Origin: Octopus vulgaris | Taxonomy: Eukaryota | Direction: 5' to 3' | Length of the DNA: 64,000 bases | Assembly (NCBI GenBank): GCA_951406725.2 | Contig: OX597820.1 | Coordinates: forward strand, 12,400,001 to 12,464,000 | Part shown: one piece after another, positions 54,420 through 64,000 of the stretch | How the letters are laid out: each line of letters opens with the position of its first letter | Position numbering within the stretch: position 1 is the first letter of the stretch | The notes under the pieces: model-generated | Told to the model about the DNA's origin: nothing | Seen by the model: the letters and a program-made list of their open reading frames with translations, nothing else | The model's database searches: none | Program-made: the position numbers and the translations under genes

Positions 54420-54960
54420 GTGATTATTATGGCAATGGTATTGGCGACGAGCATATCTCCTGATTATGTACTGATCTCGTCTGGTTGCCATCTACATTTT
54501 CAGTATACCAACATCATCTTTACACAGCCGACACTAAAGAGTATGGTCAAAATTAGCATCCTACAACTCCATGCTTCTGATCTCGTAATTCATCTCTGCT
54601 GAGCAGCATCCATATCATCGCCCCAGCCATTGCTGTAACTGGCCTGAAATCTTTGCAGTTGCTTTATGAAAATATTCTAGTGTGACCTACACACACACAA
54701 GTAATTCTCCCGTCGTTCTGAAAGTAACTCATTGCGATGCTATCCAAGGACTTGGTTCCATGACTACAGGCTGCTATGCCTTAAATTTGGAGAGTTCTTT
54801 GTTGATATAGATTGATTCTATACAGTGACCTTTGTCCACTGCCTCTATGCAGCAGTAGACGTTCAGTGACTTTATCCTCAAATATAATGGTACGCCAATA
54901 CGTTAAAAATAGATGCTGATCGTCAACAGCATTGAAGGTAGGACAGAATGATTGAAGTTG
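54420..54960 (-). mobile_element. RTE-like LINE 3' relic
   Basis: Locally higher GC, with degenerate C-terminal RT-like motifs on the - strand. Confidence 0.3.
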
Positions 54961-55917
54961 GCATTCGATTAACAGATACTCACATGCATACATTTGTATC
55001 TGTACATGTATATATGGGTGTGCGACCCTGTGTTTATGTATGCAAGTGAGTTCGTATTTGTTTCCAGGGATATGTATGAGTGTGTGCGTGGCTATGTATG
55101 TCTGTGTGTACGTGGACGTGTATGTGTGTGTGCATAAACTGATTTTAAATTCACACGTTTCTATTTTTTCTTTATACTCTTCAATTCTTTATACATATTT
55201 CCGTCCTAGCTATCTTCTATTTTCATCTATCTAATGTGTGTAATAATCTTTCCCTTCTTCGTTAACTTCTACCTTCTGTCTGCATCTCTCTTTCATTATC
55301 CACTTCTGTTTTGACATCTTATTCTGTATCTCATGCTACTTTTCTCTCTCTAACGCATATTTTATCCATTTTATCCAATATCACAAACAAGTATATCTCA
55401 TGAAATATTTGTAAATTTATTTTACAGCAGCTCTTGAGCTTATTAGTCGATAATACTTTGTACTTCATGTGCAAATGAATACGTTGAATATTTATCATAG
55501 CTGTTTTGCGAAGTTTTCTCGAATGTATTTAGATTAAGATCTACAATTTAGAATTTGAAAGAAAAACGTGATGGTTGTAGTCCCCCCACACACACACACA
55601 CACATCATATATGTGTGTGTATGTGTGTCTTATGCTTATATGTTTCTGTACATCAAGCTATAATTATTCCTTTCAGAAATAATTAATATTGAAATAGATG
55701 ATAACCAATCTGGTATTTTATTGTATATATGTAACTTTTTTTAATACGAAGTTAGATGTAAGAGCATATTAGCTTTGAAAAAACGTTTAATCATAATTAA
55801 TTTAATATAAATTGATTATTTTACCATGTTTACATAATATTTACTGTTTCAATGAGCCAAATATTCTAAACATTATACTTGGAAAATCTCATTTTGTATT
55901 TTTTGCTTACATTTCAG

Positions 55918-56243
55918 ACACGCTGCAAGAAACAGAAAAACTTAGTGATTCATTTATAAATAAACTCAGGAAAAAATACCCAGCAGACATGGAAGGCATG
56001 CAGGAGCACTTGATCTATGTTTATGAAAAAGTTCTAGACTCCGTAATGACGTGGCCCAAGAATAGCTCGGTGCCCAACACAACCCGTCCAATACACCGCT
56101 CGCGACGTGCAGCCGACGTCGACCCTATAATGGAAAAGTGGAATGTTCATGTGCGGTTACCCGGCTCTCATACGCTCGAAGAAGAGATAGGGCACGCCTT
56201 CCATTTGGCCAGTATCTCCATACTTGCAGTCTTAGTCGCTGGT
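55918..56243 (+). CDS. HVCN1: Coding exon: long S1-S2 loop plus S2 helix of Hv-like channel (DTLQETEK...RSRRAA...EEEIGHAFHLASISILAVLVAG)
   Basis: atttcag acceptor; G+AC forms an Asp codon with the preceding exon. FHLASISIL matches Hv1 S2 FHYMSITIL. The donor is either ggt|gtaaat (end 56243) or g|gtgtaa (end 56241). Confidence 0.85.
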
Positions 56244-56889
56244 GTAAATATGCACTTTTAATTTTTCCATTATTCATTATATTCTTAAGAAAAAAAAAAT
56301 GGTAAACGATAAAATTCACTTCACATAAATAACCATTAATTGTGTAAACAAAATATATCTGAGGGTTTATGTGCATATGTGGGTTGTGCGCGTGATGCTT
56401 TGCGTGTATGTATATATGTATATATACTTTCATTGTTTAATTGGCAGGTAGTTATAAAAGTGAGCGGAGGCTCGAGAGATTTTGATATGGCGTTTATCTT
56501 TATTTACGCATACACACGCAAACACAAAAACACGGGTCCGTGCGCTCACACACACACACACGCTTACAGGTTTGGTAGAACAAACAAATTAGTTAAAGTG
56601 CCATGGTATAAAATCCTTCGCTGTTTATTCGCTTATATAATTTATAGGCGATATTCTCAGACGTATCCATATGTAGACATGCATAAATATGTATATTGCA
56701 TATGCTGGTATATTAATTTATTATTAATATATAATTAATATATATATATATGTGTATTATGTACATTATGTATATATATATATGTGTGTGTATATATATA
56801 TGTATATATACTATGTATATGTATATATATATATGCTATATATATATATATCTATATCTATCTATCTATCCATCTATCTATCTCTCTTT

Positions 56890-56942
<53 letters not shown>

Positions 56943-57939
56943 TTAATTTGTCACAAATCATTCTCTTACATTTTATGCTATTAATCCCCTTCTTACCTGA
57001 GTTAGTTTTAAATATTTATCATTATTGAACATGGTAGGTTTTATTCTAGCATTTTCCAGATTGTTTTATTAATCTATTTGCTTACCTATTTAGGTTTCAA
57101 AAAATGCAACTTGAACTGTAAGCTTACAAAATATAATACAGAATGGAGTTATCATCCAATATCTGACAAGTCTTCTTGTCATCATTTCAAAATTATCTTT
57201 CCGCTCCATCTTGTCATGTGACAAAATTTTGTCGAATGAAAGTCATTTTGGAAAGTAAAAATTTAGTTTTATGTAATAATGAAGGACAATCCGCTGACTG
57301 TATCATGTTCTCTTCTCTCCACTTATGATAATATATTAAAGTGATTTTGATGCATCTGTCAAGTTGAAGTAGACACGGATATATTAAACAACTAAAATAA
57401 TGAACGATGAACATTTCATTGCACAAAACAAATCAAATCCGGATTGTAATATATGCGTCTGTCACTCAGTTATTTCTAGTTAATCTGTTATAATTTAGAC
57501 TTTATTTCAATGCCTTCCTACCTTTAATTGTGATTCTTTCATATATTTAACTTACATTTATTCTATTCACTGTTTTGTATATTTTTATACCTAATTGCTA
57601 ATGATAATTTTCTTTCAGTTTCCCTGTCTTCACTTCTAGTGGCATATTTCACAATGAAACTTCCGTATAAGTTTGATTCCTACGACGTATATTATGTGAT
57701 TATATATATATATGTGTGTCTTCCGATATATTTGTGCATATTGAACACGGCTAAATTTAATTATTTGCTGAAGTTTTCTGTCTATTCTAGTCTCAAACTT
57801 TTTGCTGCTGCATAGAATTCTCTTAAGAACGTGGTGTAATCTGTTCGATTCTTCTTTGGTTACAATGATACTATTACAATTACAATGATACCATTGTTAT
57901 TATAATGATACTACTGTATCCAATTTCAGCTTGTTCTGA

Positions 57940-58090
57940 CTCATTATGTTCTGTGTTCAATTACCACCGATATCAACTTTGTTTTTTATCCTTTCGGTTT
58001 CGATAAGATAAAGTATCAGTCATTTAGAAGGGTCGAAGATATCGACTTACTCCCTCTCAAAATGTCTGGTTTGTAATTAACATAGAAATA
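57940..58090 (+). mobile_element. Degenerate SINE family A
   Basis: ttatcctttcggtttcgataagataaagtatcag core. Confidence 0.6.
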
Positions 58091-60530
58091 TTTATTTATA
58101 TTCATGTTTTAAGATAAGTAGGAAAACTATCCTAGTAGTGTTCTTTTCACTAATATCCTCATATGTATGTAATTTGTAAATATCTTTACTGAAGTAGTTG
58201 GGCACCATTACATTTGCACAAATTACAAACAAAATGATAGACGTATTTCTATAGCTGTTTTGCTATGGTAAATTTGTGCCCATTTTTTTCTTGCACAACA
58301 CTATGGTTATGTAGTAGTACCCTGTCGATGATTAGCACACTATAGTCATTTGTCATTTTTTTCGAGGAAAAGCATAGCTGTTTATTTTATTGTTCAATGG
58401 TCGATTTATATGCTGATTATGCATAGTATTTTCGTGTTGTCATCAGAAATATCACGATAATCTGAGTAACACGGATATTTTTTTTGAGGAATTGAAAATA
58501 AGTTGCTAGGCGTATGTAGCAGAGATTTACGTTGTTGCTCCTCCAAGAATATTATTCAACGGAGTTACGCTAAGGTATTTGTTATACAGATATATATGCA
58601 TTTCAGGAACGGCATTACACGCACTTCGTTTGTAATCTGTAGCGTTCTGGACAGTTCATTAAAAATACACACTGGTAACAATCAGCATATTAATGTAGTC
58701 TATCCAAGCTACATTTCTGTGTCTAATTCAGCCATCCAGTTTGCGGAGACTGTCCATATAGAAACATACGTTTTTAGATATTTTTTTGTTCCATTTTGCA
58801 ACAGCTTCAGGAGTTGATATTAGCTGACGGTAATCTAATTCAAATTATCATGAGAAATCTGACACTGGGAATATAATTACTTAAAAGATGGGTGTGAGGC
58901 CTTCTTATGAATTGGAAAAGGAATTGATAACCTGAATACCTTTGTTCCTAAATGTCGCCTTTCAAGTAAATATTGTTGTTTTATGCAGTATTATTGCCTC
59001 GTTTTTACTTAGTAGATTGCTCGTACTATATAGATCCCATATAGGTTTTAGTATCTAATAGATTTCTCGTGTTATGCTTTTCCGTACATTTTTGTCATAT
59101 GACTCAGTATTAACATCATATTTATTTTCGTGCTTATATTTGTATCACCATATGTACGATGTGTATACAGCATTGTCTTATGAGGTACTGGCATGGTATT
59201 TGCCGGGTCCTGTCTCTGATCACGTTGCACTTCCAAGGGCATCCATTGACGGTGATGCCCTCAATCTTAACAGACGGGTATCACCTGATGGAGAAGAGTC
59301 AGCTCCCAACCAAACAACACCAAACAAACACCTCATCAGGACCGTGAAGTCTGGCGTAGCATGGTAAATTCCATTGTCTCGACCACGGTCGAACAATGAT
59401 AATGAAGATGGTATTTGCATATAAAATATAATTTACTTCGTTCAGGCATTTGATTCTTAATTTCTGTCGCTAATTTTGTTTATTTGTTGGGCAAGAGCTG
59501 TAGTTTAGCGATAGATTTCAATTTAGTGAAAATCGTAAAGCGAAAGTTTCTGTGAATTTATTGGGTAGAATTTGGGTTACCTGTGCATTCTGTGAATTGC
59601 CTTATATTATTGGATGATGTTTGTGCAGAAAGCGTATTAAGTCAAGAATACAATGTAATTAATAAAAAATTGCCTAAAATGTGTGACAGCGCAAAGTAAG
59701 TTTAGAATTGTTTAGAGTTGCATACTCTAGGGTCTGTTTCCTTTTTTTTTTTTATCTGGTTGTATATTCTTCTGTTTTGTTTTTTATTAATATAAACGAT
59801 GTTTATATTGCTAAAAATCTTACTCTCGCGGACCTCACTTGCTTATTTCCATTTTAAGGATCTACTATTTAGTTATGTTGGTACATGTATTTATGCAATA
59901 TTTTCGTTTAGTTTCATCTTTAGAAAATCTGAGGCATATATCAATATGCCAAAGAGTGCATTTTAGTGGTCGCCCCTTCTATAAGGCAGCAGCAAAAAAT
60001 TTCTAATTCCATTGTGGACATATGCCCAGCAGAAAAAGGGAGTGGTCGTGGCTAGGGCATCTTTCACCACAGGGCTGACAATTGTTAACATTTCAGCAAT
60101 AAGCTTTCGGTGTCAAAATTTCAAGATATTGCCTTACGAATATAGTTTCTATCCTACCAAATCCGCGAAGGTTGAGCTGGCTAAACTGATGCAATCAATA
60201 ATTTCTCTATAGGGATTGCGTAATCTTTCGTTGGTATTTGTCTCTAGTTTCCTTTTTTAATTTATATACATTTTGTAAATAGCAACAAATCCTCTGTAGT
60301 TAAGGAGAGATCTCGCATTTCATTGCTTCTGTTCCGAGTTTTCGGGATTATTGCTGGGTTTTATTTCCTCTTTGTCAAGTTCAGCAGATTATTAATCGTT
60401 TTCATAAAACGTTTATATAGTGCATTTATAGAGCCTTTTTCACTTATCATCACGTTTCTCTTTTTGCAAATCAAATTCGAATGCTATTGTTTCTTCATAT
60501 ACATACATGCGCATATACAAATAGATAGGG

Positions 60531-60865
60531 TGAAGGCGCCTGGCTCAGTGGTTAGAGTGTCGGGTTAACAATCACGAGGTAACGAGTTCGATTCTCGGAC
60601 CGGGCTGTGTGTTATGTTCTTGAGAAACACACTTTATTTCATGTTGCTCCAGTTCACTCACCTGTAGAAATAAGATGCGATGTTACTAGTGCTAAGCTGT
60701 ATCGGCCTTTGCCTTTCCCCTGGATAACATCAGTTGCGTGGAGAAGGGAGACTGGTACGGTAGGGGTGACTGCTGGTCTTCCACAAACAGCTTTTCACGG
60801 ACTTGTGCCTCGGAGGGTTACTTTCTAGGTGCAATCCCATGGTCATTCATGACCGAAGGGGGTCT
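60531..60865 (+). mobile_element. SINE family B
   Basis: Colinear with 7441-7778 over its full length. Confidence 0.9.
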
Positions 60866-60914
60866 TCGTTCTTTTACAAATAGATATATATACATGCAGA
60901 AATATATATGCACG

Positions 60915-60962
<48 letters not shown>

Positions 60963-61204
60963 CATGCATATACATATATACATGCATATACATGTATACA
61001 TGCATATATATTTAATTCCTTCCTGACCCATAAGATAATAAAGTTAATATCTGTCGCAGAATTACTCATGTTTGCTATCTGATTTGACTGGATCGACGTA
61101 AAATGAAATATTATTGCATATGAACAAGCACATCGGACGCTGAAGCGAGGAATCGAAGCCACAATCTTAGGATCATGAGTACAAATACTAATCACATAAA
61201 CATG

Positions 61205-61291
<87 letters not shown>

Positions 61292-61313
61292 GTCTGTCTC
61301 TTTCTCTCTCTGG

Positions 61314-61359
<46 letters not shown>

Positions 61360-61412
61360 ATATACATATATATATGTGTATATATATATATATATATATG
61401 TGTGTGTATATG

Positions 61413-61463
<51 letters not shown>

Positions 61464-61466
61464 ATA

Positions 61467-62499
61467 TCAGGTTGAGTAAAAGTAAGCAACGTTTTGAACC
61501 ACGAAGAATTTGTAGCGAATTTTAGCAGAGTTGTGAATTTGTTTTAAACATTTTTTTGCAATTGTCTGATAATACAGACATAGACTTGACCAAATGCATC
61601 AACGTATTAACATTGATATATTTCCATCGTTGTTACAATCATCTGAAACGGAACTGTCAAAGCGCGATATTCTAGCAATTTTGCTATTCAATTTCAAAAA
61701 AGGACGTAAAGCAGCTGAAACTGTTTGCGATATCAACGAAACATTTGGTGAGGGAATGACCAATGAGTGGTCAACTCGATATGGTTTGAATGATATCGCA
61801 GTGGGCACCTGAGCCTTGAAGATCGTGAGCGAAGTGGACGCCTGTCTGTCATCGTTGTCGGTCAATTAAAGATTGTTATTGAGAAAGATCCACGTAAAAC
61901 CACTCGAGAACCGGCACAAGAACAACTTCATGTTAGCCAGAAAACTGCCTGAAACCACTTGCATGCGATCGGAAAATCAAAAAAGCTCGACAAATGTGTA
62001 CCACACGATTTGAATGAAAATCGGAAAATGCGCAGATAAGAAATTTGCTCGCCGCTTCTTCGTAACGAGACCGTTCCATTTCTCAACCGTATTGTAATTT
62101 GCGACGAAAAGTGTATTCTGTACAATAAATAAAAAAACGTTCTTCGCAATTGTTAGACCAAAAATGAAGCACTGGAAACCTTCCCTAAACCCGAGCTTTA
62201 CAAAAAGAAGGTTATGGTGACTGTTTGGTGGTATACTGTTTGACTCATTTACTATAACTTCTTAACACCCAGAAAAATCCATTACTGCAGAAACAGATTG
62301 CCATGAAATTGCCAAAATGAACGGAAGACTGGTATTCCTCCGTCCCAGACTGGTTGACAGAAGAGAGTTTATCATTCTTCATGGCAATGCTCGACCAGAC
62401 GTTTCACTAATGACGCTTCAGTAGTTGAAGGAATTTGGCTACGACGACCTTCCCCACTCAGCTTATTCCCCAGAGATTTCTTCTAACGAGTATCACTTT
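61467..62499 (+). mobile_element. Mariner transposon, 3'-truncated transposase pseudogene
   Basis: TA|tcaggttg start. Motifs FKKGRKAAETVCDINETFG, KLDKCVPHDL, IVICDEKCILY, HGNARP and PHSAYSPEI occur with stops and frameshifts. Confidence 0.92.
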
Positions 62500-64000
62500 A
62501 GTATGTGACAGCTGAAGAGAAGCTGCACCTACAGACTGATCTTCATTTGCTCATAAAGGGCAGTGTAATGCCCAGTCCTGAGTTCGAACCCACAGCCTGT
62601 TAACCAGTAAGCTATGTAACGTCCATTCCATCATGTCAGAAAGTGATGATGGTAATCTTTATATGTGTAATCGCCTGCCAAGATTTGTGTTCAATAATTA
62701 AAGCCAGTGTGAATCTTCGTTTATTTTTCTATGACATGTACGCACCCTGTTAACTGAAGCGTGACATATATCTTAAGTTGTAATAAGATATCACAGCGTG
62801 CTTTCCGTTCTCCCTCTTGCATCTTTGTTTCAATCATACCATTGCTATGCAAACACTGTTAGTATCAGTATTTCAACTGACGTACTTTATATGGTATTTC
62901 TTATTTTCCATAGCATTTTTATTAAAACATTCAACCTGAAATTGCTTGCATATATGTAAAATAAACACCGAACATTTGTCTGGCATAAAGAGGAGTGTTA
63001 CGAATAGGTTTTGTGCAACAGAAATATAGATATTAACAAAGATTTATCTACTTTCTCATTTTTTGCCTGTGCTTTACTGCTTTTAAGCATTCTACATTTG
63101 GCTTTACATATATTTACAGACGTTATTAAAAATGATATGTTTCGGCACAAGATTTTTTAAAGGAAAATTGGAGGTAAGTTAGCCATCAGGTGGATTCCTT
63201 ACTTTTCTTTTAAATCGTATGCACATGTGTAAATCTTATATGTCTGAAAGAATGAATTGGATATTTGTTAGAGATGCCAAGGAATGTGTAAACCTGATAC
63301 AAGAAATAACATTATTTTTAGGTAACCCAAGCAGAAATACTTGCTTAAGGTAATGGGACAATTGTAAACATGTTAATAGTATAAGTTTATTCACAAATAA
63401 TGATTCAACAAACTCTAAGATATATATTCATTTGGGAGGGTGATGGAGATAAAATCCTAATGCCATAGGGTTCTTTCTGAAGCAAATATTATTACATGTT
63501 CCGTAGAGTGATGAACTGAGGCTATAAATATTAGTCAACCATCTCATTCTCGGACTGTCAGTAGGTTTCGTACTGGCTGGCTGTGTATGGAACCCTCTCT
63601 TTCAGTTCTTTAATGTGACATTCTTATCACGTGTCTGTAGTATCTGGGAGAAGTAGCGGCGCAAGAATATAACGTTAAGCCGTTATAACGTATCAAAAGT
63701 ATTTAATATGGAGTCAAATGTCAAATGGGCAATAAGGTCAAAATGAAGTTACTGAATCAAGATCTACTGAAAGCTGTATTCTAAGGGCTTTAGAAAATTT
63801 CTTGTGCTAGGGTATCTGATTGAAATGAGGTAAGCATGTGAAGCATATTTACAGACTTACTAAGAAAACAGTATTTACGAACTATTTATCAATTCCTGAA
63901 ATGTATTTATAAATAAATGCTACCTTACAGAACAGTGGAAATACTTTGAAAAAAAACGCTCCAATGAAAAGGGTTTACGATGAATGTTTTGGGTTAGAGA

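Noticed and set aside
56244-64000. Hv S3/S4 exons (RxWRxxR motif)
   Set aside because: No such coding segment was found by eye; they probably lie beyond the window.

Overview
AT-rich, microsatellite- and SINE-dense animal genomic DNA. The repeat landscape suggests an octopus or other coleoid cephalopod (inference from recalled SINE families, not a database hit). The only host gene I can support is on the + strand: three phase-compatible exons (9275-9396, 46924-47048, 55918-~56243) separated by ~37.5 kb and ~8.9 kb introns. They encode the N-terminus, S1, a ~90-aa S1-S2 loop and S2 of a voltage-gated proton channel (Hv/HVCN1-like). The start exon and the S3/S4 exons were not found. The rest is transposon debris: tRNA-derived SINEs, R4/Dong-like and RTE/Tx1-like LINE relics, a Tc1 element with intact termini and mariner relics. 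The most unusual signal is a set of short asymmetric fold-back elements next to (TA)n/(TAA)n tracts. Several carry minimal type-I hammerhead-ribozyme folds with non-canonical cores (G3-C8, C4, possibly U3-A8), as expected for Penelope-like pseudo-LTRs or retrozymes. Nearly all ORFs in the supplied track are microsatellite or chance ORFs. Repeat boundaries were read by eye and are approximate.
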